From an uncultured Desulfatitalea sp. (GTDB taxonomy: Bacteria > Desulfobacterota > Desulfobacteria > Desulfobacterales > Desulfosarcinaceae): a stretch of 64,000 nt of DNA. Shown piece by piece: positions 50,846 through 60,333 of this stretch. The stretch lies in the NCBI GenBank assembly GCA_937868765.1, contig CALMNL010000004.1, positions 320,749 to 384,748 of the forward strand, in the 5' to 3' direction. Positions within the stretch are counted from its first letter, which is position 1. The number at the start of each line of letters is the position of its first letter. A program made the translations under genes and the position numbers. The notes under the pieces were generated by a model, which worked only from the letters and a program-made list of their open reading frames with translations, made no database searches and was not told the DNA's origin.

Positions 50846-50890
50846 GCCTCCCGAAGAACGCGAAATTGAAGGTTGTCCCGCAGACCCCGG

Positions 50891-51823
50891 TCAGGCCGGC
50901 TGTGAGATGCTCTGGGGGTTGGGGGCATGCCAGCCGGCGGCGTAGTGGGCCTGGATCCGCGCCACAATGGTCTGCATCTCCCCTGAAGAGATCGGGCGGG
51001 GCTTGATGTACTGGAAAAGCGCTTCCAATTGGGTGGGGTTGATCACCGAGATTCCGTCGGCCGAGATCCGTTTGACCCGCCATCCGGGTAGAGCCAGAAT
51101 GGCTCTGGCCGATATGGGCGTTTCCAGTCCCTGGGAGAGCCACTCGGAAAAGCGCTCCGCCTGGTCCTGGGCCCAATCGAGAATCAAATGCTCCCGGCCA
51201 TGGGGGAAAAAAAGGGCCCGGCCGTTGTAGGTGACCAACGGTTCCGAATCCGACCCGGAATGGCCGCCCGTCGACTGGATTTGGCGCTGCAGCGCAAAAA
51301 CCCCTTTGGGGCCGACAATCAGGTAGTCCACGTTGATATTTTCCGCCTTAAAATCCTTGAAGATCACGTGGCCACGCTCGGCCAGGGGGGCAACCGCCCG
51401 GGCCACAAGGCCCATGGCCTCATCCTTCCATTTGGCCTCGCGGCGGCGTTCCCGGGCGTTTTTATGGATCAGGAAAGCCAGGGTCCAGAAGACGGCACCC
51501 ACCAACGCCACTCCGAAAAGGGCATATCCGTAATCATCCGCAAGATTGGACAGGATACCGAAGGCACAGGCCGCCAGGGCCAAAAGGGGCGTAGCGATGA
51601 CGAAGGCCAGTCCGCGCCGCACCTGCAGATCCGCGCGGTCGATGGCCGGTGAAACCGACTGGTCCTGGCTGGAAAGTTCCGCCGCGGAGAGCGCACCTGC
51701 CGGAGCCTCGGGCGCTTTCTTATGAAGCAGGCCCAGAAGCAGCGCCAGAAATCCCCAGGCCACGAGGATGGCGGCCAGGGCGCCCAAAGGCAGGATGGAA
51801 TAGGCGAGCATTGATTCGGTCAT
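50891..51823 (-). CDS. NERD (nuclease-related domain) protein with N-terminal transmembrane helices
   Basis: Two to three N-terminal TM segments, then INVDYLIVGPKGVFALQRQ... matching the NERD motif pattern (D...hhh...GhhhhE.K). Confidence 0.55.
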   Translation of the reverse strand: MTESMLAYSILPLGALAAILVAWGFLALLLGLLHKKAPEAPAGALSAAELSSQDQSVSPAIDRADLQVRRGLAFVIATPLLALAACAFGILSNLADDYGYALFGVALVGAVFWTLAFLIHKNARERRREAKWKDEAMGLVARAVAPLAERGHVIFKDFKAENINVDYLIVGPKGVFALQRQIQSTGGHSGSDSEPLVTYNGRALFFPHGREHLILDWAQDQAERFSEWLSQGLETPISARAILALPGWRVKRISADGISVINPTQLEALFQYIKPRPISSGEMQTIVARIQAHYAAGWHAPNPQSISQPA

Positions 51824-52065
51824 ATGGGTGAATGATCCATGCTTTTGCTGTCGCGGGTTGATTCAGACGCGGAAAATTTCCTAAATAGTTAATTATCATT
51901 CAGGATGGTTGCAAGCCGGTCGGCAACCGGGATGATGCCTGTCCGGTCGTCGCTCTTTCCATCCAGGTTCAAGCAATTATCGGCCGGCGACGGTAAAAAA
52001 TGATACCGCAGGGAGGTCCCGCTCAGGAGGATGGATGCTCGACGATCAGCGCGGGCGGGTTCCCT

Positions 52066-52079
52066 TTGACTTAGGTCAA
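52066..52079. promoter_or_regulatory. Candidate CRP/FNR-family binding site TTGAC-N4-GTCAA, about 70 bp upstream of hdrC
   Basis: TTGACttagGTCAA read directly; half-sites as for FNR/Dnr/HcpR-type regulators. Confidence 0.35.
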
Positions 52080-52147
52080 GGCATTGCCATTTGCATTGCT
52101 TTATGAGCAGCATGATCTGAAATACCACAACCAGAGGGTGGACGACA

Positions 52148-52681
52148 ATGACTACAACCCATAAAAGATTCTGCCAGGCGGTGGTCGAACGGTGCGGCGA
52201 AAATTTCCAGCGCTGCCTCCACTGCTTGAGCTGCGCCAGCGGATGCCCTGTGGTGGCCGCCATGACCTACCGCCCCAACGGCGTGATCCGGCTGGTCCAA
52301 TACGGATTTTCCCAGGAAGTCCTGGAAAGCCCCGACATCTGGCTCTGCGTGGGGTGCAACACCTGCACCATCGCCTGCCCCATGGCCATCGACATCCCCG
52401 TACTGATGGACGCCCTGCGCGAAATTGCTTTGGAGAACAGAGCCAAAATCAATGAAACCGGCATCCTCAATTTCCACAAGGAGGTGCTCGACTCCATCCA
52501 GCGATACGGCCGCACCCACAAACTGGAGATCATGATGCGTTACAAGGTGCGCCAGCGCGATCTCTTTTCCGACATGGACCTAGGGCTCAAGATGATGGCC
52601 AAGCGCAAGTTGGACCTGCTGCCCTCCCGGATCGCCGACACCAAGAGCGTTTCCAAATTATTCAAGGAATTCAAAGGATGA
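52148..52681 (+). CDS. hdrC: Heterodisulfide reductase subunit C-like (HdrC), 2x[4Fe-4S]
   Basis: CLHCLSCASGCP and CVGCNTCTIACP. Confidence 0.75.
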   Translation: MTTTHKRFCQAVVERCGENFQRCLHCLSCASGCPVVAAMTYRPNGVIRLVQYGFSQEVLESPDIWLCVGCNTCTIACPMAIDIPVLMDALREIALENRAKINETGILNFHKEVLDSIQRYGRTHKLEIMMRYKVRQRDLFSDMDLGLKMMAKRKLDLLPSRIADTKSVSKLFKEFKG

Positions 52682-53535
52682 CCCCCATGCTTCGAGAAAT
52701 GCAAGAAATATCCTATTTTCCGGGATGTTCCCTGGCCACCAGCGCCAAGGAAAACAACCAATCCCTGAAAGAGGTGTGCGCGCACATCGGGTTCAACCTG
52801 GTGGACCTGCAGGACTGGAACTGCTGCGGCAGTTCGTCGGCCCACAGCATCAATTCGGAACTTGCCTTTCATCTGGCCTGCCGCAACCTGTCGCTGGCGC
52901 CGGCGGGCCGCCCGCTGCTGGTGGCATGCCCCAGTTGCAGCACCCGGCTGCGCATGGCCCAACACCGGCTGCACACGGTACCCGAAGCCCGGGAAGCGTA
53001 TGAACTGCGGTGGGGCCGGCCGGTCGACCCGGACTTGAAGATCATCCACTTTTTTGAATTGATCCAAAGCAGAGGGCCTTTCGGCCGGCAACCGGTAGAC
53101 GCCCTCAACGGCCTCAAGTTCGCCCCTTACTATGGCTGCATGCTGGCCCAGCCGCCGGCCCTGCGCTATGAGCGCAGCTACCATGGCCTCATGGAGAAGA
53201 TGCTCGGCGCTTTCGGCGCCCAGGCGGTCAGCTGGCCCTACCCGGCCCGCTGCTGCGGCACTTTTCTATCCGTGGCCCGGCCCGAGGTGGTCAGCCCGAT
53301 GATCGATACCATCATGCGCGGGGCCCTGGAAGCGGGCGCCGAGTGCCTGGTCACGGCCTGCGCCATGTGCCATCTGAATCTGGAGATCCGCTGCAACCTG
53401 AAAAACCGGCTGCCCACCTTTCATTTCTCCGAATTGCTGGCCATCGCCTACCGGACCCCCATTCAGAAAAGCTGGTTCGCCAAGCATCTGGTGGATCCGA
53501 TGCCGCTGTTGAAAGAACGACGACTGGTTGCATAG
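52678..53535 (+). CDS. hdrB: Heterodisulfide reductase subunit B-like (HdrB), two CCG domains
   Basis: YFPGCSL, NCCGSS, CPSC and YYGCML, RCCG, CAMCH. ATGA overlap with hdrC. Confidence 0.75.
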   Translation: MTPMLREMQEISYFPGCSLATSAKENNQSLKEVCAHIGFNLVDLQDWNCCGSSSAHSINSELAFHLACRNLSLAPAGRPLLVACPSCSTRLRMAQHRLHTVPEAREAYELRWGRPVDPDLKIIHFFELIQSRGPFGRQPVDALNGLKFAPYYGCMLAQPPALRYERSYHGLMEKMLGAFGAQAVSWPYPARCCGTFLSVARPEVVSPMIDTIMRGALEAGAECLVTACAMCHLNLEIRCNLKNRLPTFHFSELLAIAYRTPIQKSWFAKHLVDPMPLLKERRLVA

Positions 53536-53562
53536 CCTTGGCCCTGGTCGCGGCAGGCCGCT

Positions 53563-55680
53563 TCAGGAGTGCACGCCCGCAGAGCGCGTGGCGTTGACTA
53601 CGGCCAGCAGCGCGGTCCCCATGTCGGCGAAGACGGCTTCCCACATCCCGGCCAGACCGATGGCGCCCAGCACCACGAAGACGGCTTTGACCCCCAGGGC
53701 CAGGAAAATGTTCTGCAGCACGATGCGGCGGGTGCCGCGGGCGATGCCGATGGCTTCGGCCAGTTTGGCCGGCGAATCGGTCATCAGCACGACATCGGCG
53801 GTTTCGATGGCCGCGTCGGCGCCCACGTGGCCCATGGCCACGCCCACATCGGCCCGGGCCAGAACAGGGGCGTCATTGATGCCATCCCCCACGTAAGCCA
53901 CCTTGCCGTCTTCGACCGCAGCCAGGGTCTGTTCCAAATAGCGAACCTTATCTTCGGGCAACAGCCCCGCCTCGAAGCGGTCCAGCTCCAGGCTGGCCGC
54001 CACCTGCCCGGCAGCGCAGGGGTTGTCGCCGGTCAGCATGGCCACCTGGGCCACCCCCCGGGAACGCAGCGCCTTTACGGCCTCGGCCGCGTCGGGCTTG
54101 AGGCGGTCGCCGATGAGGATATGACCGGCGTACGCTCCGTCGACGGTCACATGGGCTACAGTGCCTTCCACCGTGCACAGCTCATGGGCGATCCCCTCCT
54201 CGTGAAGCAGCCGATCATTGCCCACCACAATCTCGTGCCCCTGCCACCGGGCCCGCACCCCACGGCCGGCCAGCACCGCATGATCGGCCACGCCGGCGAC
54301 ATCCAACGTACCGCCCGAGCTTTCGAAGGCCCGCACGATGGAGGCGCCGATGGGGTGCGTGGAGTGCCATTCAGCGGCGGCGGCCAAGGCCAGCAGCTGA
54401 TCGGCACTGTAGCCATTGGCGGTCACCACCCGTTCCACTTCGAAAACCCCCTGGGTCAGGGTACCGGTCTTATCGAAAATCACGGTCCGGACATGGGCCA
54501 GTGCATCCAGAAAGTTGGCCCCTTTGACCAGGATGCCCCGCCGGGAGGCCCGCCCGATGCCGCCGAAATAGCCCAGGGGCACGCTGACCACCAGGGCGCA
54601 TGGGCAGGAGATGACCAGCAGAACCAGGGCGCGGTATATCCAGGTACGAAAATCGGCGCCCACGGTCAGGGGCGGCACCACAGCGATCAGGGCCGCGGCC
54701 AGCACTACGGCCGGCGTATAGTACCGGGCGAAGGTGGTGATGAGCTTTTCGGTCGGGGCCTTGCGCGCCGCCGCGTTCTGGACCAGGTCGAGGATCTTGA
54801 CGATGGAGGATTCCCGGAACAGGCGGGTGACCTGCACCGTCAGGGCCCCGTTGAGATTGATGGCGCCGGCCATGACGCCTTCTCCCGGTCGCACCGAGCG
54901 GGGCCGGGATTCGCCGGTGAGCGGCGAGGTGTCCACCCGGGATTGGCCGGTCAACACGGTGCCGTCCAGGGGGATCTTGTCCCCGGGCTTGACCACGATG
55001 GTCTGGCCCACCTCCACCTGCTCGGGCGGCACCACCTGCAACCCGCTCAATGTTTGCACCATGGCCCGCTGGGGCCGTGCGTTCAGCAGCGCCCACACCG
55101 AACGCCGCGAACGGGCCACGGCCCGTTCCTGGAGCAACTCGCCCACCTTGTAGAAGAGCATGACCGCCACGGCTTCGGAAAGGGCGTGGATCGCCAGGGC
55201 GCCCGAGGTGGCAATGGTCATCAAGACATTTTCGTCGAAAAAATCGCCGCGGCGCAAGGTGCGCCCGGCTGCAATCCAGACATTCCAGCCGGCCGAAAGG
55301 TAGGCCGCCAGCACCAGCAGGTACTCCCAACCGTGCCAGGCGGCTGCGTGCAGGCGATCCTCGAACTTTAAATGAATCAGGAAAAGGAGCAGCGAGAGGG
55401 CCAACAACCCCATCTCCCGCTTGAAATGATAGGCCGGCCCCTGCGGCAGCGGCGCGCCTGTCTCGGGCATGGGGATCAGTTGCACGGCCGGCTCGATGCG
55501 TCGGACCATCTCCTCGATGCGCGCCGGTTCGCGGGCCTGGACGTGCAGGGTGAGGCCGGCGAAATCCAGGACCGCATCGTCCACACCTTCCATCCGCTTC
55601 AAATTGTTTTCGAGTTTGGCGGCACAGGCGGCGCAATCCAGATTGCGCACCTGGTACCGTTTCATTGTCGCTGTCGGCAT
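53563..55680 (-). CDS. Heavy-metal translocating P1B-type ATPase (Cd2+/Zn2+/Pb2+; CadA/ZntA-like)
   Basis: N-terminal HMA with CAAC, TM CPC (SCPCALV), DKTGTLT, HP, GDGINDAP. Confidence 0.85.
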   Translation of the reverse strand: MPTATMKRYQVRNLDCAACAAKLENNLKRMEGVDDAVLDFAGLTLHVQAREPARIEEMVRRIEPAVQLIPMPETGAPLPQGPAYHFKREMGLLALSLLLFLIHLKFEDRLHAAAWHGWEYLLVLAAYLSAGWNVWIAAGRTLRRGDFFDENVLMTIATSGALAIHALSEAVAVMLFYKVGELLQERAVARSRRSVWALLNARPQRAMVQTLSGLQVVPPEQVEVGQTIVVKPGDKIPLDGTVLTGQSRVDTSPLTGESRPRSVRPGEGVMAGAINLNGALTVQVTRLFRESSIVKILDLVQNAAARKAPTEKLITTFARYYTPAVVLAAALIAVVPPLTVGADFRTWIYRALVLLVISCPCALVVSVPLGYFGGIGRASRRGILVKGANFLDALAHVRTVIFDKTGTLTQGVFEVERVVTANGYSADQLLALAAAAEWHSTHPIGASIVRAFESSGGTLDVAGVADHAVLAGRGVRARWQGHEIVVGNDRLLHEEGIAHELCTVEGTVAHVTVDGAYAGHILIGDRLKPDAAEAVKALRSRGVAQVAMLTGDNPCAAGQVAASLELDRFEAGLLPEDKVRYLEQTLAAVEDGKVAYVGDGINDAPVLARADVGVAMGHVGADAAIETADVVLMTDSPAKLAEAIGIARGTRRIVLQNIFLALGVKAVFVVLGAIGLAGMWEAVFADMGTALLAVVNATRSAGVHS

Positions 55681-55681
55681 C

Positions 55682-56083
55682 TCAGCCCCCCTCTCCCGCT
55701 TCAGGCTGCTCTCCCAGATGCGCCAGGCCCACCCGCAGGACGTGCCGGATATGTTCATCCTTCAAGGCATAATAGACCACCTTGCCTTCCCGGCGCGCAC
55801 GGACGATCCGGGCCTGCTTGAGCACGCGCAGTTGGTGCGACACCGCCGGCTGCTTCATCGCCAACAGCACGCCCAGATCGCAGACGCACAGCTCGGCAAT
55901 GCCCAAGGCCGCCAGAATTCTTAGACGCGTGGGGTCACCGAACAGCTTGTAAAAGTCCGCCAACTCGGCCAGCCGGCCGAACTCCGGCATGGCGGCGTTT
56001 ACGGCGCGAATCGCTGCAGGGTGGATGCAGGGCTGGGAAAGACAGATGGCCCCACGCTCATCGGAATGAGTAGTTTCAACCAT
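55682..56083 (-). CDS. ArsR/SmtB-family metalloregulator (CadC-like)
   Basis: FGDPTRLRILAAL...ELCVCDL (wHTH plus CVC metal site). 1-nt spacer to the ATPase start. Confidence 0.75.
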   Translation of the reverse strand: MVETTHSDERGAICLSQPCIHPAAIRAVNAAMPEFGRLAELADFYKLFGDPTRLRILAALGIAELCVCDLGVLLAMKQPAVSHQLRVLKQARIVRARREGKVVYYALKDEHIRHVLRVGLAHLGEQPEAGEGG

Positions 56084-56303
56084 TTAAATAACCTTTTAGT
56101 ATTTATATGATCATATGAACATATTTTCAATCGATTCCATCGTCAAGAAAATTTTTTCCGATGGAATGGACATACCCCATCTAGTTTATTTTTTCCCCAT
56201 GATGTGCCGATAGCTCCGTCAGCAACCTGCCCCCCCGCTCCTTTCTGCCGTCGCACAAGGTCCGGACCCATACACGGGCAGCAACATTTGGAGGAAAGGA
56301 TTT

Positions 56304-57764
56304 GTGATGGTGAAAGTGAATTATTGTCTAAAACGTTCGCTGATTGTCATGGGCTGTCTCTTACTCCTGGTCGCTTGTGGGGGAGGCGGCGGTGACGGTT
56401 CATCTGCCACACCAACCCCGACGCCGACCGCTACGCCCAGCCCCACACCGACGCCAACCGCTACGCCCAGCCCCACACCGACGCCGGCGCTGCAACTGGG
56501 ATCACCGGTGCCGGATAAGGGTCTCACGGAGTTCCTGCAACTGGTGCCGGCCCAGGATACGAGCGGCGAAGCTTTCCCGGGCAGTGCCAATACATGGGAT
56601 CTTGACTGGGACTTCACCCTTTATAACGGCTATGACAATCAATTCAACGGCGCTTTGGTGCTCTCCGTCACGGTCGAGGGCAACACGGAGGATTTTCCCT
56701 ATGATCAAGCGTACGATGAGCTGACCTGGTACTCGCCCGAGCTGACCACGGCTGACGGGGAGGTGGTCGCCACCATCCTCGACGACAGCAACGAGGATTG
56801 GCAGCCCCTATCTGAAGGTTATAGCGCCATCATCGCGCCCGGGATCGACAACCGCATCAGTCAAGTGATCGACCTGACCGACGCCGTCGCCCCCATCTAT
56901 CTGAGCGCCACTGTTGACTTTGGCAGCTATCCGGGTTGGATCGAACTGCCGGATTACAGGGCCCTCATGGTCGTTCGGGACCTGGATGGAACGGAGCTCA
57001 CCGCCACAGACACGGGGGACGTTTTGGATCTTACGCCTTGGGCGGGCCAGCAAGTCGTGGTCTCCTTTGAACTGACCTCCCAAACTTACGGCTATTTCAT
57101 CGTGGATGATGTGTCGGTCATGGACGATGACGGCATGGAGTACATCACCGACGGCGGTTTTGAATCGGGCACACTCGACAGCTGGACGGTTTCCAATGCG
57201 CCCGTTTACCAGAATGTGGCTTCGGGCGAACGCGTTCTCAACGGTCTGACGGTCACGCGATCCTTCTACACCACACCCGGCAGTCTGTGGGGCCGCTGGG
57301 TGGATATGTTCACCAACGATACGGGCGCGGACATCACGGCCACCATCGAATATACGACCTATCTGGGCGCGGCGAATTACGCCGTCATTTACCCGACACC
57401 CAGCGCGAACGATCGGGCCTTGACCATCTGGGACGGTGGAAACGGCACCCGGGATGTGGGCTTGGCTTTCGGCCAAACGGACGGCGTCCCCACTTATACC
57501 TCCGATACGGATCTGGGCGCGGGGAATGCAGCCGATGTCATCGCAACGAGTTACACCGTGACGGTGCCGGCCGGCCAATCCGCTGCCATCGCCAACTTCA
57601 TCGTCATGTCCGGCATCGATACCGGTGAGAGCGCCGTCGATGCCAGCGCCACTGCCGACGTAGTAGATGGTGCCCTCCAAGGTATCGTCAACGATTTCTG
57701 GACCGACTTCGCCTACCGCAACGGCATGACCCAGGCCCAGATCGATGCCCTGATCAATTTCTGA
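56304..57764 (+). CDS. Secreted lipoprotein with a Thr/Pro-rich repeat linker and carbohydrate-binding-module-like domains
   Basis: Lipobox LLLVAC followed by GGGGGDGSS. (TPTPTATPSP)x2 linker. ITDGGFESGTLDSWT (CBM4/9-like motif). Confidence 0.6.
   Translation: MMVKVNYCLKRSLIVMGCLLLLVACGGGGGDGSSATPTPTPTATPSPTPTPTATPSPTPTPALQLGSPVPDKGLTEFLQLVPAQDTSGEAFPGSANTWDLDWDFTLYNGYDNQFNGALVLSVTVEGNTEDFPYDQAYDELTWYSPELTTADGEVVATILDDSNEDWQPLSEGYSAIIAPGIDNRISQVIDLTDAVAPIYLSATVDFGSYPGWIELPDYRALMVVRDLDGTELTATDTGDVLDLTPWAGQQVVVSFELTSQTYGYFIVDDVSVMDDDGMEYITDGGFESGTLDSWTVSNAPVYQNVASGERVLNGLTVTRSFYTTPGSLWGRWVDMFTNDTGADITATIEYTTYLGAANYAVIYPTPSANDRALTIWDGGNGTRDVGLAFGQTDGVPTYTSDTDLGAGNAADVIATSYTVTVPAGQSAAIANFIVMSGIDTGESAVDASATADVVDGALQGIVNDFWTDFAYRNGMTQAQIDALINF
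56424..56483 (+). repeat. Direct tandem repeat, 2 x 30 bp with 1 mismatch, encoding the PTPTPTATPS linker
   Basis: gccgaccgctacgcccagccccacaccgac / gccaaccgctacgcccagccccacaccgac. Confidence 0.7.
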
Positions 57765-57886
57765 AAGGTATTGTGATGCGGCCTTCCGATCCGGAAGGCC
57801 CCACAGCTTTAGACCACGGAGGCGCCGTGCATTCAGCCGGCGCCTCTTCGTTTTTTACAGGCGATCAAGGGGGATTGGGCCGGCGG

Positions 57887-58633
57887 CTATGCCGAGCCCA
57901 TGAGCTGAGTCACCACGGCCGGCACCCCGGACAAGGGGCCGCTGAAGTCGGCCGCATGGTTTTCCCCTTCCCGGAGGCTGCGCCCTTTGGTCACGGCCCG
58001 ATAGTCGATGACGCCGGCTTCGGTGGTCTGGAAGGTTTTGAGTCCCACGGTGCCGGCGATCATGTCGTTGATGCCGTCGTTGCCCACCATCAGGCACTGC
58101 TCGGGCAGCACGCCGATCATGGCGCAGATCTGCCGGTAGTACTCCGGGTGCGGCTTGGCGTAGCGCATGTTTTCCATGTGGGTCAACAGCACGAAGTGAT
58201 CGGGATCGAGTCCGGCCCAGGCCAGACGCTTTTCCTGGGCCAGGCGCGGAAAGATGGGGTTGGTGGCCACCACCAGCTTGAGGTTGTGACGTTGCAGCGC
58301 ATCCATGACCGCCACCAGGCCGGCCGGCCTCTCGAAGGTGACGGGAATGTGGTCGTACTCCGTTTCATAAAAGCGCATGAAGCGCTCCCAGACGGCCGCA
58401 CGCAGGTCGCTCAGGCCGTCACAGAAAACATTCAGGAAAAAATCGAGGTTGGTGGTCTGGCCGTCGTTATGCCGCAGGGCGCGGATGCCCCGCAGCAGGC
58501 GCTCCTGAAATGCCTGGCCGGGCAGCAGGTCCTCGAAAAAGGGGATGATGCGCTCCATGTAGCGCAGGTAAAATGCGGTTTCGTCGAAGAGCACCAGGGT
58601 ATTGTCCAAGTCGAGCAGAACGGCCGTCAGCAT
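57887..58633 (-). CDS. HAD-superfamily hydrolase
   Basis: LLDLDNTLV (motif I DxD), motif II VATN, motif IV GNDGINDM. Confidence 0.75.
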   Translation of the reverse strand: MLTAVLLDLDNTLVLFDETAFYLRYMERIIPFFEDLLPGQAFQERLLRGIRALRHNDGQTTNLDFFLNVFCDGLSDLRAAVWERFMRFYETEYDHIPVTFERPAGLVAVMDALQRHNLKLVVATNPIFPRLAQEKRLAWAGLDPDHFVLLTHMENMRYAKPHPEYYRQICAMIGVLPEQCLMVGNDGINDMIAGTVGLKTFQTTEAGVIDYRAVTKGRSLREGENHAADFSGPLSGVPAVVTQLMGSA

Positions 58634-58670
58634 GTTCTTTTCCTTATCTTTTCCTATTCCGGCTTTCTAT

Positions 58671-59639
58671 TTATGATCGCGCCCCCGTCAACCGTCTTTC
58701 GTCCCTTGCTGATTGCTTCCTGCTGTTCAGGACGATCCCGGTGAAAATCATTCCCATGCCCCCCAGGTGATACCCGTGGAGCCGCTCGCCCAGCAGGGCC
58801 ACGGCCAGCAGGATCGAGAAGACCGGCATCAGATGGAAAAAGAGCCCGGCACGATTGGCGCCCACCATCTCCACGCCCCGGTTCCAGAAGATATAGGACA
58901 ATACCGAAGGAAAGAGGCAGACATAGCCGACGGCGGCCAGCGAGGCGCCGGAGAGTTTGAAAAACCCTTTGACCGTCACCTCCCAGACGTAGAACGGCAG
59001 CAGGAAAACCAGTCCCAGGGCCACGATGGCGGTCAGGAAGGTCAGCGGCTCCATCTGCACCGGCCGCAGGCGCAGCAGCACGGAGTAAAGCGCCCAGGCG
59101 ACGCCGGCGCCCAGGGTCCACAGATCGCCTCCGGAAAAATTCAGACCGCCCAGGGCGCCCAGGTTCCCCTGGGTGACGATGAAGACCAGCCCGGCCAGGG
59201 AGAGCAACACCCCGCCGGTTTGCACGGCGCCCATGCGGACGCCGAAAATCGCCCAGGCCAGCACGCCGATGAAGATCGGCACCAGGGCATTGAGCAGCAC
59301 CGTGTTGGTGGTGGTGCTCGACTGAAGTGCCGTATAAATGAATGCATTGAAGATACTGATGGAGGGGATGCTCATCAGGACCAGCATCTTCCAGTGTCGG
59401 CGCACCAGGGGCCACTGGCGCCGCACCCGGGGCAGTCCGAAGGGCAGCAGGATGAGCAGCGCCCCGACCCAGCGGTAAAAATTGAGGCTCACCGGCGGCA
59501 CCAGATGGCGCACGCCCCGACCCAGCACGAAATTGCCGGACCAGAAGAGCACTGTGAGGGTCAGCAGCAGGTAAGGCAGCCAGGGCCTCGGCTCGGGAGG
59601 CGGTTGCGGCAACGGCTTGGGCTGGGTGTTGAGCGTCAT
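58671..59639 (-). CDS. EamA/DMT-family transporter (10 TM)
   Basis: Two EamA repeats. Its 3' end (58671-58707) overlaps the 5' end of the HAD gene by 37 nt in another frame. Confidence 0.7.
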   Translation of the reverse strand: MTLNTQPKPLPQPPPEPRPWLPYLLLTLTVLFWSGNFVLGRGVRHLVPPVSLNFYRWVGALLILLPFGLPRVRRQWPLVRRHWKMLVLMSIPSISIFNAFIYTALQSSTTTNTVLLNALVPIFIGVLAWAIFGVRMGAVQTGGVLLSLAGLVFIVTQGNLGALGGLNFSGGDLWTLGAGVAWALYSVLLRLRPVQMEPLTFLTAIVALGLVFLLPFYVWEVTVKGFFKLSGASLAAVGYVCLFPSVLSYIFWNRGVEMVGANRAGLFFHLMPVFSILLAVALLGERLHGYHLGGMGMIFTGIVLNSRKQSARDERRLTGARS

Positions 59640-59715
59640 GGTCGAAAAAGTAGCATCAAACGAAGCCCGATAAAAGCGGTTTCCATCGCCGGCGGGATTT
59701 GATAATCAAGCGGCC

Positions 59716-60333
59716 ATGATCATCAAATCAGCCGAATTTGTCACCAGCGCGGTCAAGCCCGCCCAGTATCCCGAAGCGGTTCACCCCGAGATCGCCTTTG
59801 CCGGACGCTCCAACGTGGGCAAGTCCAGCCTGATCAACGTCCTGGTGAACCGCAAGCGGCTGGTGAAGACCTCCACCACCCCCGGACGCACCCAACTCAT
59901 CAACTTCTTCATCGTCAACGGCCAGTTGATGCTGGTGGACCTGCCCGGCTACGGTTACGCCCGGGTGCCGGCGTCGGTCAAACGGCAGTGGGGGCCGATG
60001 ATCGAAACCTATCTCTCCGGCCGGCCCAGCCTCAAGGCGGTGGTGCTGCTCATGGACCTGCGCCGCACGCCGGGCGTCGAGGAACTGGCTTTCATGGACT
60101 GGCTGCAGCAGTACGGGGTGACCGCCGTGCCGGTGCTCACCAAGGCCGACAAGCTCTCCAAAACCGAGCGGATCAAACAACGCAAGCGCATCGCCGAGGC
60201 CCTGGAGCGCGCACCGGAGAGCCTGCTGCTCTTTTCGGCCAAGACCGGCCTGGGCCGGGAAACGCTCTGGCAGCAGCTGGAAACCATGATTGGAACGACC
60301 CATGGACCCGAAAACGGAAACCAACATTCCTGA
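59716..60333 (+). CDS. engB: Ribosome biogenesis GTP-binding protein EngB (YihA/YsxC)
   Basis: GRSNVGKSSLIN (G1), DLPGYG (G3), TKADK (G4). Confidence 0.85.
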   Translation: MIIKSAEFVTSAVKPAQYPEAVHPEIAFAGRSNVGKSSLINVLVNRKRLVKTSTTPGRTQLINFFIVNGQLMLVDLPGYGYARVPASVKRQWGPMIETYLSGRPSLKAVVLLMDLRRTPGVEELAFMDWLQQYGVTAVPVLTKADKLSKTERIKQRKRIAEALERAPESLLLFSAKTGLGRETLWQQLETMIGTTHGPENGNQHS

